From the IMG/VR virus record IMGVR_UViG_3300017747_002572, positions 1 to 40,581 of that record: a DNA stretch of 40,581 bases; one strand, 5' to 3'. The notes below the pieces were generated by a model that saw only the letters and a program-made list of their open reading frames with translations, ran no database searches and was not told the DNA's origin. Made by a program: the position numbers and the translations under genes. Positions 10,152-18,381 of this stretch are shown one piece after another; the stretch's first letter is position 1, and every line of letters starts with the position of its first letter. The DNA is from a virus. Lineage: Duplodnaviria > Caudoviricetes.

Positions 10152-11197
10152 TGGCAGTCCCATACGTCTTCGTTGCCGGCACCACGATCGAGCCGGATCA
10201 GGTCAACGATAATTTTGACTATGTGCTGAATGAGGCAATCGGGGGGTTGCTCACGGACGGCACCAACGAGATGCAGGCGCAGCTAAAGCTGTACGCCGGC
10301 ACGCTTGCCCTTCCCGGCCTGACGTTCGACGGCGACACGAACACGGGCATCTATCGCTCTGCCGCGGATACGTTCGTGTTCGTCGCTGGCGGTGTGGCAC
10401 AGGCGACCATCTCAACGGCTGGGCTGGCGGTATCGACCCCGTGGCCTGTTGCGTCTGGCGGCACCGGCTCAACTACCGCCGCGGACGCCGCAACCGCTCT
10501 TGGTCTTGGAACCGGCAACAGCCCGCAGTTCACGGCAGTCAACATCGGGGCGGCGACTGACACGACCATCAGCCGCGTCTCGGCGGGCGTCATTGCCGTT
10601 GAAGGCGTTACCATCCTCACCACGGCGACCGGCCAGCCGCTCGACGCCACGCTTACCGCGCTCGCCGGCTACAACACCAACGGCCTGATAACCCAGACGG
10701 CCGCGGACACGTTCACCGGCCGCACGATCACCGGGACCGCGAACCAGATCACGGTCACGAACGGGAACGGCGTCTCGGGCAACCCCACCCTTTCCCTGCC
10801 CACTTCGCTGTCCATCACCACGGCGGGCGCGTTCACGACCGGAACCATCGAACTCGGGGCGGCATCCGATACCACCCTATCACGCGTCTCGGCCGGTGTG
10901 ATCGCTGTCGAGGGTGTCACGGTCCTGACCACGGCGGCGGTTGGGGTCTCTGCGGCCCCGATCCCCAGCACGTCGGCCATGCCTGTCGGATTCTGCGGAA
11001 TCATGGAATACACGAACGCCACCAACGTCCCAAATGGCTCCACCACTTCTGGCGCGAACATCAAGACGCCAACGTGGAATGACTCGTCCTTTCAGGTAGG
11101 CAACGGCGCTGTGCAGAGCGGGACGTGGAAGAACGTGTCGGGCAACGATCAGGACGCCAACAGCTACAATCTCGGCTACTGGCTCCGTACCGCATGA
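10151..11197 (+). CDS. Tail fibre / receptor-binding protein
   Basis: N-terminal FVAGTTI...VN.NF anchor, [19 protein letters not shown] motif, internal 28-aa duplication, C-terminal GTWK...W.RTA. Confidence 0.8.
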   Translation: MAVPYVFVAGTTIEPDQVNDNFDYVLNEAIGGLLTDGTNEMQAQLKLYAGTLALPGLTFDGDTNTGIYRSAADTFVFVAGGVAQATISTAGLAVSTPWPVASGGTGSTTAADAATALGLGTGNSPQFTAVNIGAATDTTISRVSAGVIAVEGVTILTTATGQPLDATLTALAGYNTNGLITQTAADTFTGRTITGTANQITVTNGNGVSGNPTLSLPTSLSITTAGAFTTGTIELGAASDTTLSRVSAGVIAVEGVTVLTTAAVGVSAAPIPSTSAMPVGFCGIMEYTNATNVPNGSTTSGANIKTPTWNDSSFQVGNGAVQSGTWKNVSGNDQDANSYNLGYWLRTA

Positions 11198-11199
11198 CC

Positions 11200-11293
11200 T
11201 TGCGCGCTCGCCGTGGATAGTGAATATAGGCAGGGCCGACCGAGCGTTGTAGCGCCCGACCGGCCCCTGACCACCGTCGAGAGGAGATCGACA
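11200..11293 (+). promoter_or_regulatory. Putative moron promoter and structured 5' leader
   Basis: TTGCGC-17-AATATA (11200-11228); hairpin gggccg...cggccc (11233-11266); gtcga-GAGGAGA-tcgac stem with the SD in its loop (11276-11292). Confidence 0.45.
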
Positions 11294-11776
11294 ATGGCTG
11301 CCTATACCAATAGACGTTTTCTGGCTCTCGTCATCGCCGCTCTTGCATTCCCGGCCGCGGCTCAAACGCCAGACGCTTTCCTTCAGTCATTCCAGGGGAC
11401 GTGGACCGGATCGGGTGACGCCCGCCTCGGCCCCAATGAGCCGTGGGAGACAGACGCCGCATCCTGCACTATCGAGATCGAGTGGCGCGGCGAACTCCGT
11501 AGCCACGGCGTCTGCGAAGGCGTCCACGGGCGCTTCTCGGCTGGCGGCGCGTTCGGAGCGGACGGCGGTACCTTCATGGTGCCCCACTTCGTTGACGTGA
11601 CTGCGGCTTCTGCCGGAATTGCCGGGAATGCCATCGTTGCGGACTATGAGATCGAGGGGATGCAGTTCCGCCTCACTGTCACGACGGATGGCCGTGGTGT
11701 AATGCTGATGCAGACCGAACTGTCTACCGCAGGTGGATGGGTCAGCGTCGGCAATATGCGTCTGGAGGCAGTGTGA
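11294..11776 (+). CDS. Secreted/periplasmic protein (signal peptide, beta-rich)
   Basis: GAGGAG RBS before ATG 11294; RRFLALVIAALAFPAAA|Q signal peptide; G.W.G.G motif of lipocalin-like barrels. Confidence 0.7.
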   Translation: MAAYTNRRFLALVIAALAFPAAAQTPDAFLQSFQGTWTGSGDARLGPNEPWETDAASCTIEIEWRGELRSHGVCEGVHGRFSAGGAFGADGGTFMVPHFVDVTAASAGIAGNAIVADYEIEGMQFRLTVTTDGRGVMLMQTELSTAGGWVSVGNMRLEAV

Positions 11777-12324
11777 TGGTCAGGACCACAGCAAGTCTGG
11801 CCGCGCTCGTCCTCCTCGCCGGCTGCGTCACCACAGCAGCGCCGCTCCCGTCGCCTGCATCCTTCTCCTACGCCCACGTCTGGGGCGGCGCTCCTCCAGA
11901 GCCCTACTACTCAGCCGCCGTCCGCCTCTACGATAGCGGGAACTACCGCGTCCTCCGCGCCCCCATCGATCGCGTCGAGGCAGCATGCGGGCGGAACCGC
12001 ACCGATTACGGATGGTTCGGTACGGCATGCATGATGACCGGCAACGCCACGGGCAATCACTTCGTCGTCGTTGCCGAGGAGATCACCGACCCCGTCACGC
12101 TTCGGAACGTGATGATCCACGAGATCGCCCATACGCGCGAGTCTGGCGGTTGGTCGATGAACCACGAAGGGGCCATGAAGCCGCTCGGTCATCTCGACAA
12201 CTGCATCCGAACGATGAACGCAGAGGGCCTGACCGTTCGCCAGATGGGCGAATTGTGTTATCTCTATGGCGGCGCTCCGCTGCGGACGCAGGCTGAACGA
12301 GACCGATGGGCGGCGATGCAATGA
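11776..12324 (+). CDS. Lipoprotein with HEXXH zinc-metallopeptidase motif
   Basis: [16 protein letters not shown]|C lipobox; VMIHEIAH...NH motif; TGATG overlap and GGAGG RBS. Confidence 0.7.
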   Translation: MVRTTASLAALVLLAGCVTTAAPLPSPASFSYAHVWGGAPPEPYYSAAVRLYDSGNYRVLRAPIDRVEAACGRNRTDYGWFGTACMMTGNATGNHFVVVAEEITDPVTLRNVMIHEIAHTRESGGWSMNHEGAMKPLGHLDNCIRTMNAEGLTVRQMGELCYLYGGAPLRTQAERDRWAAMQ

Positions 12325-12689
12325 TCCGCGAGGTTCGATTCTACTCCCTCCTCGTCCTCGTCGTCGCCTGGCTGACGCTGGCGCTGCTCTCTGCCATCCC
12401 TGCCCATGCCGCCTGCGGGCTCATAGCCTCCTGGTACGGTTTCGAGAGCGGCAACAGGACGGCCAACGGGGAGCGCTACGACCCGTGGGGCCTGACGGCC
12501 GCCCATCGAACGCTGCCCTTCGGGACCATCGTCCGCGTCACCTATGGCGACCGTAGCGTGACCGTCCGCATCAACGACCGCGGCCCCTTCATTCCCGGCC
12601 GATCCATCGACCTATCCCTCGGAGCTGCAACGGCTCTGGGGATGGTCGATGCCGGCGTCGTCCCCGTCTGCATCACAGTGGAGCACTGA
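12321..12689 (+). CDS. rlpA: RlpA-like (double-psi beta-barrel) lytic transglycosylase with signal sequence
   Basis: ASWYG....RTANGERYD...[15 protein letters not shown].....[10 protein letters not shown]...R.IDLS..AA..LG signature. Confidence 0.9.
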   Translation: MIREVRFYSLLVLVVAWLTLALLSAIPAHAACGLIASWYGFESGNRTANGERYDPWGLTAAHRTLPFGTIVRVTYGDRSVTVRINDRGPFIPGRSIDLSLGAATALGMVDAGVVPVCITVEH

Positions 12690-12691
12690 AC

Positions 12692-13270
12692 ATGGCAGCC
12701 AGACAGTGGCGACCAGCAAAGAGCCTCGACGTTCTCCGCGCCCAGATCAATGCAGCCTACCCCGGTCGCAAGAAAGCATCTGACGGCACCATTGGTGACG
12801 CTGCCCACGCTGCCACCAAGAGCGAGCACAACCCCGACGCCAACGGCGTAGTGCGGGCGCTTGACATCACCCACGATCCAGACCGCGGCGTGGACTGCGG
12901 CAAGATCATCGACGCCATCGTAGCATCCCGCGATCCCCGCATCCTCTACGTCATCTGGAACCGGCGCATCTGCTCGTCGGTGGTCCAGCCGTGGAAGTGG
13001 CGGGCCTACGGCGGTTCCAATCCTCACGACAAGCACTTTCACCTGTCGGTCGTTGACGATCCAGCGGTCTACGACAACGAGTCCCCGTGGTCGATTGGTG
13101 TCGTGCTGGTCACTGATGCCGCCCCGCCGCGCCCCACGCGCCCGCCGGTTAAGCCTGACGCGCCATCGCCGCCCCCGCCTGACATGGAGCCGCCCGCTCC
13201 TCCCGAGCCCGCTACGGGCTTCCTAGCCATGCTGCTGGCGCTCCTGCGCCGCATCTTCGGAGGTTCGTAA
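12692..13270 (+). CDS. Endolysin, probable M15-like zinc peptidase with Pro-rich linker and C-terminal amphipathic helix
   Basis: DGTIGDAAH...SEHNPD...RALDI...YVIWN.RI...NPHDKHFHLS motifs seen in phage peptidase lysins; upstream of holin-like genes. Confidence 0.7.
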   Translation: MAARQWRPAKSLDVLRAQINAAYPGRKKASDGTIGDAAHAATKSEHNPDANGVVRALDITHDPDRGVDCGKIIDAIVASRDPRILYVIWNRRICSSVVQPWKWRAYGGSNPHDKHFHLSVVDDPAVYDNESPWSIGVVLVTDAAPPRPTRPPVKPDAPSPPPPDMEPPAPPEPATGFLAMLLALLRRIFGGS

Positions 13271-13271
13271 A

Positions 13272-13346
13272 TTGTCAGTCGAACGCGCTCTAGTCGTCGT
13301 TATCCTCGTCGTCCTTTGCGTCTGGCTCATCACGAGGTTGCTCTAA
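13272..13346 (+). CDS. 24-aa single-TM micro-protein (MSVERALVVVILVVLCVWLITRLL), absent from the ORF track
   Basis: GGAGGT RBS at 13259-13264, TTG start 7 nt later, TAATG overlap with the next gene. Confidence 0.65.
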   Translation: MSVERALVVVILVVLCVWLITRLL

Positions 13347-13795
13347 TGGCTGATCCAATCCTCAACGGTCCCCTTGCGACCGCAGCCCGTAACCGCTTCA
13401 AGGCGAACCACCCCATCGCCGCTGCGGTAGTCGAAGGCGTCCGGGATGCCGCCGGCAATCCGAACAACGCCATGACCGCGGCAGACGTTCCCGCCGTCGC
13501 CGCCGCCGTACAGGACGCGATGGCGCGCGATCCGGTGGTGCAGAACGCAACGAACCAGGAGCCGTGGTGGAAGTCCCGCATCTGGGTCGGCATCATCACC
13601 GCGGCATTCGGCGTAGTTCTCGCCCGGCTGCAGATACAGTTTACTGCCAATGAGCAGGCGCTCATCAATCAGGTGACGCCTTACGTCCCACAGGTGCTCG
13701 GCCTTGCCATCGCCACCGTCGGAAGGGCTGTCGGCAACCGCAAGGGGCCGATCTCGTGGAAGAGGCCGTGGACGATCCTCGGAATCGGGCGGTGA
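13346..13795 (+). CDS. Holin-like membrane protein
   Basis: ATG 13346; N.EPWWKSRIWVG motif followed by two hydrophobic segments and a basic C-terminus; adjacent to the endolysin. Confidence 0.6.
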   Translation: MADPILNGPLATAARNRFKANHPIAAAVVEGVRDAAGNPNNAMTAADVPAVAAAVQDAMARDPVVQNATNQEPWWKSRIWVGIITAAFGVVLARLQIQFTANEQALINQVTPYVPQVLGLAIATVGRAVGNRKGPISWKRPWTILGIGR

Positions 13796-13799
13796 CGAT

Positions 13800-14021
13800 G
13801 TGGGAGCAGAAGGTGACATCGCCCAACTGCGGGAACAAATCGCCTCGCTCCGACGTGATCTTGAACGCATTGAAGCAGGCCAGTCAGACCTACCGGGAAT
13901 CAAGCTAGATGTGGCGGACTACACGAGAACTAAGGCGTCCATCCAGTGGCTCTGGCGGGCCCTCATCGCAGCCGTCGTCACTGGTGCTGTTGCCTACGGC
14001 TTTCGCATCGTCGGCGCATGA
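13800..14021 (+). CDS. Small coiled-coil protein with C-terminal TM (lysis-cassette accessory)
   Basis: GTG 13800; IAQLREQIASLRRDLERIE coil then WLWRALIAAVVTGAVAYGF TM. Confidence 0.55.
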   Translation: MGAEGDIAQLREQIASLRRDLERIEAGQSDLPGIKLDVADYTRTKASIQWLWRALIAAVVTGAVAYGFRIVGA

Positions 14022-14037
14022 CGGGCTTTTGGCCCGA

Positions 14038-14478
14038 ATGCGAAAAGAGGCGGCGAGTTCCCCGTGGGGCGCGGCGGCCTTTGTCGTTGTGGCCTTGATG
14101 CTGGTGTTCCTGGTGGTCGATAGGCTCGGGGTATTTTCTCCCGGCCCTGTTCTGCAGAACCTCGTGATGCATACGAGGGTCGATGACTTCGGGCAAGCCG
14201 TCCTCTTCCGCGTCGAGGGCGACAAGACGACGAACGACATCCTCCGGGCGCGGGTAGCCGCGTGGTTGTTCACGGACGGCACGGCGATGGCAGTGGCGCT
14301 GGAGGGGGACATCCCAGCGCAGAACCGGCAGGCAGGCGACCACTTCCTGTCTCAGGAGTACAGCGCCCGCATACCCTCGGCCGCCCGGACGGATGCGGGG
14401 GTCAGGCTCCGCGTCTGCTTCGCCTACGATCCCGGCCTGTCGTGCGTTGAGAAGCCATTCAGCGAGATAGTCGGGTAA
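14038..14478 (+). CDS. N-terminally membrane-anchored protein, unknown function
   Basis: WGAAAFVVVALMLVFLVV TM then a soluble domain with a C-terminal Cys pair; start uncertain (14029 or 14038). Confidence 0.55.
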   Translation: MRKEAASSPWGAAAFVVVALMLVFLVVDRLGVFSPGPVLQNLVMHTRVDDFGQAVLFRVEGDKTTNDILRARVAAWLFTDGTAMAVALEGDIPAQNRQAGDHFLSQEYSARIPSAARTDAGVRLRVCFAYDPGLSCVEKPFSEIVG

Positions 14479-14547
14479 TGCGCCAGCGCGGCACCCCCAT
14501 GCAATCGCGCAGCGTTACTGCAGCACGCTCAGGTGGTAGCGTGCGGC

Positions 14548-14685
14548 ATGGGTTGGCTGGTCTCATTCATATCGGAAAACACGATCTGGGGTATCCTGCT
14601 GGTCGGCGGTGTCTGGCTGGCACGAACCCTTTACCTCCGCTCCCGTGAGCGGGCAAAAGCAGGAGATGATCCTTGGCAGAGATGA
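14548..14685 (+). CDS. 45-aa single-TM protein (MGWLVSFISENTIWGILLVGGVWLARTLYLRSRERAKAGDDPWQR), absent from the ORF track
   Basis: Read directly from the sequence; hydrophobic core plus basic tail; stop overlaps ATG 14682 (ATGA). Confidence 0.55.
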   Translation: MGWLVSFISENTIWGILLVGGVWLARTLYLRSRERAKAGDDPWQR

Positions 14686-14981
14686 CCGCAGAGAATGCAA
14701 TCACCATCGTGACCCAGAAGTTCCGGGCGGTTCACAAGTCTATCGAGACGGCGCAGGACAACGCATTGGAATTGAGCGCCGCGTTCCTTCAGGCGGGGCG
14801 CATCCTTGGGGTGCATCCGAACCAGTCGGCATTTGCCGGCGAGTACCTTGCGAGGGTGATCTCCGATCTTGCATCGGCGCAGCTTGCGTCGACGGGGGCA
14901 CATGCGGGCGCTAAGGAGATTGCGGCCGACCTGTCCAACCCCGTTCCTTTGGGCGGTGGTGGGGGGAAAGGCTGGCCGTAG
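14673..14981 (+). CDS. Helical hypothetical protein with Gly-rich C-terminal tail (PLGGGGGKGWP)
   Basis: AGGAG RBS at 14661-14665 with TTG 14673, or coupled ATG 14682; amphipathic helical pattern. Confidence 0.7.
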   Translation: MAEMTAENAITIVTQKFRAVHKSIETAQDNALELSAAFLQAGRILGVHPNQSAFAGEYLARVISDLASAQLASTGAHAGAKEIAADLSNPVPLGGGGGKGWP

Positions 14982-14985
14982 CGCC

Positions 14986-15510
14986 ATGACGCTAGCCGTC
15001 ATCATTGCCGCTCTGATCTGGGGCGGCTTCTACGTTTCCGACCATGCCACGTCCTACGTCTCAGGGCCGCTGACGGTCTACGTCATCATCTTCGTCGCAG
15101 GCCTCGCCGCGGCATCCGTCGCGGCGGTCATATCGAGAGCGCGGCCTAACATCATGGCCGCGCTCGTCCTCATTGCCGCTTACGGCGGTGCCCACTTCGC
15201 ATGGTCAACGACGAACCCCGTTCTCTGGAACGCCGTTGTCTGGATCGCCACGGCGGCGTATTTCATCCTGGTGGGCCGGGAGCGTTGGGAGTGGGGAATT
15301 GGCGCGGCGTGCCTGCTTGGCCTCGCCTTCGCAGCCCTGACGGCGATGGGGGTCATCCCCGGCCCAATGGATAGACCGCCCGTGTATCTAGCGTGGAACT
15401 TCGCGGACCTGTCGAGCCTCATCGGGCATGTTGCCTCGGTGCTGCTCGGGCTCGGGTCAGGAGACTGGGGACGGCGCGTCAGGACTACGGCGCTCGTCCC
15501 GGTTCGGTAG
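14986..15510 (+). CDS. Multi-pass (5-6 TM) membrane protein
   Basis: ATG 14986; alternating hydrophobic stretches and short polar loops (RARP, RERWE). Confidence 0.75.
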   Translation: MTLAVIIAALIWGGFYVSDHATSYVSGPLTVYVIIFVAGLAAASVAAVISRARPNIMAALVLIAAYGGAHFAWSTTNPVLWNAVVWIATAAYFILVGRERWEWGIGAACLLGLAFAALTAMGVIPGPMDRPPVYLAWNFADLSSLIGHVASVLLGLGSGDWGRRVRTTALVPVR

Positions 15511-15563
15511 CCGTCCGTGGCGGTCATCGCCCCTACACCTACGCCATTCTAAAGGAGAACCAA

Positions 15564-15632
15564 ATGAACGACCCTTATGACGGAATCGAAGGCTGGAGCG
15601 GGTTGACTGCTCCCGGTGGGAGTGGCTGCTAA
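15564..15632 (+). CDS. 22-aa peptide MNDPYDGIEGWSGLTAPGGSGC
   Basis: Strong AAGGAG RBS at 15552-15557, 6 nt before ATG; last + strand ORF before the convergent early arm. Confidence 0.5.
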   Translation: MNDPYDGIEGWSGLTAPGGSGC

Positions 15633-15700
15633 TGAATATAGCAGTCGCAGGCAAACTTGGTCGGGAAAGCCATCCGCAAGACCGATCCGCGTCTCATGGG

Positions 15701-16264
15701 TCAGCCGGGAGGCGGGTCAGGGGGAAGCCGCCACGCCACGAGGACGCCGAGCGGCTCCCATTCCCAGTTTCCGTAGCCGTCGCTGTGGATGTAGGAACCA
15801 CGACGGCACCAGGCGCCCTTGGGCGCCCGCAGGCTGATCTTCCAGCGGCAGTCTGTGAAGCGGTGGGCCGGGGTATCGGCATCGTATCGCCCCCAGATGT
15901 CGATTACGGCATCCCTCGGCGCTTTCTCCATGTCAGAGTTCCACCCGTCCGTAGAGAGGGTGTCTCCTGCCGGGAGGGGGAGTTTCCGTAGTAGCGTCCG
16001 CAGATCATGCTTCGCGTTCTCGATGGCATCCGCGTCGGCTAGGTCGTCAAACCCGTTGAGGGCGCTCATTGCATAGTAGCGCGCGTCTGCGGCGATGTTG
16101 GCGGCGTGCTCTTTGGCAGCGTTGATGACCGGCCATGCCGCGGCGGCGTGATCCGCCCAAAAAGACACCCAGGCCTTCGCGGTGTCTAGATCATCTTTCG
16201 CCGCCGCGTCCCGCATCTCGGCTGGCGAGCGGGGAGGTGTGGGGGCGTCCTTCCTGTCACCCAC
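15701..16264 (-). CDS. Hypothetical protein with C-terminal DUF551-like domain
   Basis: GTG 16264 with AGGAGG RBS; W..MEKAPRD..IDIW....R..DCRW...W.LPPDPP pattern. Confidence 0.6.
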   Translation of the reverse strand: MGDRKDAPTPPRSPAEMRDAAAKDDLDTAKAWVSFWADHAAAAWPVINAAKEHAANIAADARYYAMSALNGFDDLADADAIENAKHDLRTLLRKLPLPAGDTLSTDGWNSDMEKAPRDAVIDIWGRYDADTPAHRFTDCRWKISLRAPKGAWCRRGSYIHSDGYGNWEWEPLGVLVAWRLPPDPPPG

Positions 16265-16568
16265 GGCCCGCCTCCTTCTGACGAGAGACGAAGGAGGCGA
16301 GGGCACGGAACCAGCGGGTCTTGACCGGGAACGGGTCGTCATCAGAGCGACCGATGGAGTTGCTGTCTGCGGCTAGCCAGCCGGCGACTGGCTCCATCAG
16401 CCTCACCGCCTCCGCCAGTCCCTTCCTCGCCGCATCCCGCTCGGTTGTTGCTGCGTCGAGGGAGGCGAGGACGGTGCGGATCGCCTTCGACACGCGTGTT
16501 CCTTCTAGGATGTTGGACTCTGCGTGCAAAATCGCCTTCGCATCCTCTATCGGTATCGTCATCATCAC
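16257..16568 (-). CDS. Hypothetical protein
   Basis: GTG/ATG ATG start coupled to the upstream stop (GTGA); helical sequence. Confidence 0.55.
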   Translation of the reverse strand: MMMTIPIEDAKAILHAESNILEGTRVSKAIRTVLASLDAATTERDAARKGLAEAVRLMEPVAGWLAADSNSIGRSDDDPFPVKTRWFRALASFVSRQKEAGRG

Positions 16569-16636
16569 GGCTCCTGGGGGTTGGGGATCATGCGGCGACG
16601 TTCGTTCCAGGCGTCTTGGTCTGGGATGAGGGTCAT
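16565..16636 (-). CDS. 23-aa coupling peptide (MTLIPDQDAWNERRRMIPNPQEP)
   Basis: Overlaps both neighbours by 4 nt (ATGA and GTGA). Confidence 0.4.
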   Translation of the reverse strand: MTLIPDQDAWNERRRMIPNPQEP

Positions 16637-17280
16637 GCGGCGGACCTCGAAAGAGAGACCGAGCGGGCCATCGAAAGCAGCAGGTCGCGGAATGCCGGCG
16701 GCGTGTGGATGCGCGGCGCGCTGTCCGTACCGCCACCTCGGGCGCCAACCTCCCCGAGCCGCCGCGCTCGCTTGAGTCCCATCCGCTCGACGACGGCAGG
16801 GTCGAGCCGGGCGGCGCTCTTGCCCCACAGAAGCTCGGGCGGATCGACGCCGAAGGCATAGAGGAGAGTCGGCTTGCGGGCGTAGTGGCCATAGCGGCCC
16901 TGCTCGACGCAGCACGTCCAGCCGCCGTCAAAGTCAGCAGCGATCCAGCCACCGGAGCGGGGCGGGGTGTTCAGGCCGAAGTGCGCCCAAGCGCGGCTGC
17001 CCCACGGATGCTCGAGCACGCCGCCGAACTGGAGCACCGAGGCGAGCGCCGCGGCAAAGCATCCGCCGTCGTCCCCGAGCCTCTTCCGCTCCCCAGTCTT
17101 TTTGACGTGAAGCGGCTGGCCGAACCACATCTTGCCCCACCGCTGGCAGGGCGGATGCGCCACGACAGGCCACGGGCCGGCATAGAGGCGGGCATCTCGC
17201 GCCTCGTCCCACACATCGACATCGGGCAGGCCAGCGTAGGAGCCGCGCGGATCGACGAAGAGGGCGGCGATGTTCCCCAT
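16633..17280 (-). CDS. Degenerate/atypical C5-cytosine methyltransferase-like protein
   Basis: VAHPPC (motif IV-like), VLEHP, Q.RYGH..RKPT.LY; no FxGxG motif I. Confidence 0.55.
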   Translation of the reverse strand: MGNIAALFVDPRGSYAGLPDVDVWDEARDARLYAGPWPVVAHPPCQRWGKMWFGQPLHVKKTGERKRLGDDGGCFAAALASVLQFGGVLEHPWGSRAWAHFGLNTPPRSGGWIAADFDGGWTCCVEQGRYGHYARKPTLLYAFGVDPPELLWGKSAARLDPAVVERMGLKRARRLGEVGARGGGTDSAPRIHTPPAFRDLLLSMARSVSLSRSAA

Positions 17281-17784
17281 CTACTCCCCCTCCCTGACCA
17301 CTTTTAAGCCAACCGAGGGGAGGGCGGAGAGAATGGCATTGAGCAGGGCAAGCGCGGGCGTTGGGCCTTCGCCAGCAATGTTCCAGCACCCGTCCTCTTC
17401 GGCCGGCCAGAGGCGAGCGCCGTAGGGGCCTTGAGCCTCCGGCTTGCTGCCAATGTCCACGTCGCCCCACCACCCTGGCAGCACCTTCCCGATCAGCTCC
17501 AGCACGGCATCGACGGAGGCGGTGTAGGGTTCGGGCTTCCAGAATTTGGCGTTCCGTCCTTCGCTGTCGGTCGCCTTCCAAAGCGTGAACTCTCCGGGGC
17601 GCCGGTTCCAGTCGTAGTCCCAGCCCACCGCCCTGACCGTATGCTCGGGCACCTCCCCCGCCAGTTCGGCCACGAGCCATTCCGCCTCCCGATCCGGCCC
17701 GGTCAGCTTCGCCACCCGCTCCCGTAGCGCCGCCAGCGCATCGCGGATGTCCCTCGTCCGTTCGGAGAGATCGGCGTCAACCAT
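17281..17784 (-). CDS. Hypothetical protein (possible phage ABA-sandwich-like fold)
   Basis: ATG 17784; PYTASVDAVLEL...LPGW...TPALALL.AIL pattern. Confidence 0.5.
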   Translation of the reverse strand: MVDADLSERTRDIRDALAALRERVAKLTGPDREAEWLVAELAGEVPEHTVRAVGWDYDWNRRPGEFTLWKATDSEGRNAKFWKPEPYTASVDAVLELIGKVLPGWWGDVDIGSKPEAQGPYGARLWPAEEDGCWNIAGEGPTPALALLNAILSALPSVGLKVVREGE

Positions 17785-18133
17785 TGCTGGGCTCCGTTGA
17801 ACGACGGACAACGCCGCCACCTATCTTCATCTTCCACTGCGACCCCCGGCTTCCTGGCATCCGGGAAGGGGTGCGGATGCCAAGGTGCCTGTCCCTCTGG
17901 CGCTTGGTCTTCGCGGCTCGTGGCGTGTCCAGCTTGGTCGTCTTCTCTGCATGACAGCCGGAGCAGAGGACCGCGCAGTTCGACAGGACTGGCTCGCCGC
18001 CGATGCTGTCAGCAATGATGTGGTCGTACTGGTACTTGCCGGCATAGAGGTGATTGCCGCAGCCCTCACACTTGCCGCCGCAGCGGGCGAAGGCTTCACG
18101 CATCACGGCTTTGGAGAACTCGCGGCGGCTCAT
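17777..18133 (-). CDS. HNH endonuclease (free-standing)
   Basis: RREFS......F.RC.GKCEGC...YDHII....GG....NC.VLC..CH..KT. Confidence 0.9.
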   Translation of the reverse strand: MSRREFSKAVMREAFARCGGKCEGCGNHLYAGKYQYDHIIADSIGGEPVLSNCAVLCSGCHAEKTTKLDTPRAAKTKRQRDRHLGIRTPSRMPGSRGSQWKMKIGGGVVRRSTEPSNG

Positions 18134-18381
18134 TAGTGAAGGTCGTCGTGGTAGACGGAGTGCTCGACTAAGCCGACACGCTGGATCATATCACGGCTAA
18201 CCGCCTCTATCCCGTCCTTCATGCCCTTCTTGTCGCCATCGGCGATGATAATCATCATCGACATGATGATGATCCCCGCCGCCTTGACGATCTCTTCGGG
18301 TGGTTCGCCCTCGGCAGCCTGCATCATGCGGGCCATCAGGGCGTAGTCCTCGTTTAGTTCCATAGAGTAATTGTCGCTCAT
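18133..18381 (-). CDS. Hypothetical protein
   Basis: ATG 18381 with AGGAG RBS, coupled to both neighbours. Confidence 0.6.
   Translation of the reverse strand: MSDNYSMELNEDYALMARMMQAAEGEPPEEIVKAAGIIIMSMMIIIADGDKKGMKDGIEAVSRDMIQRVGLVEHSVYHDDLH

Noticed and set aside
10980-11197. Diversity-generating retroelement target in the Asn-rich fibre tip
   Set aside because: No reverse transcriptase and no template repeat seen in the genome
15632-15991. + strand 119-aa ORF continuing the late operon
   Set aside because: It lies antisense to the better-supported 15701-16264 gene and has no protein-like features
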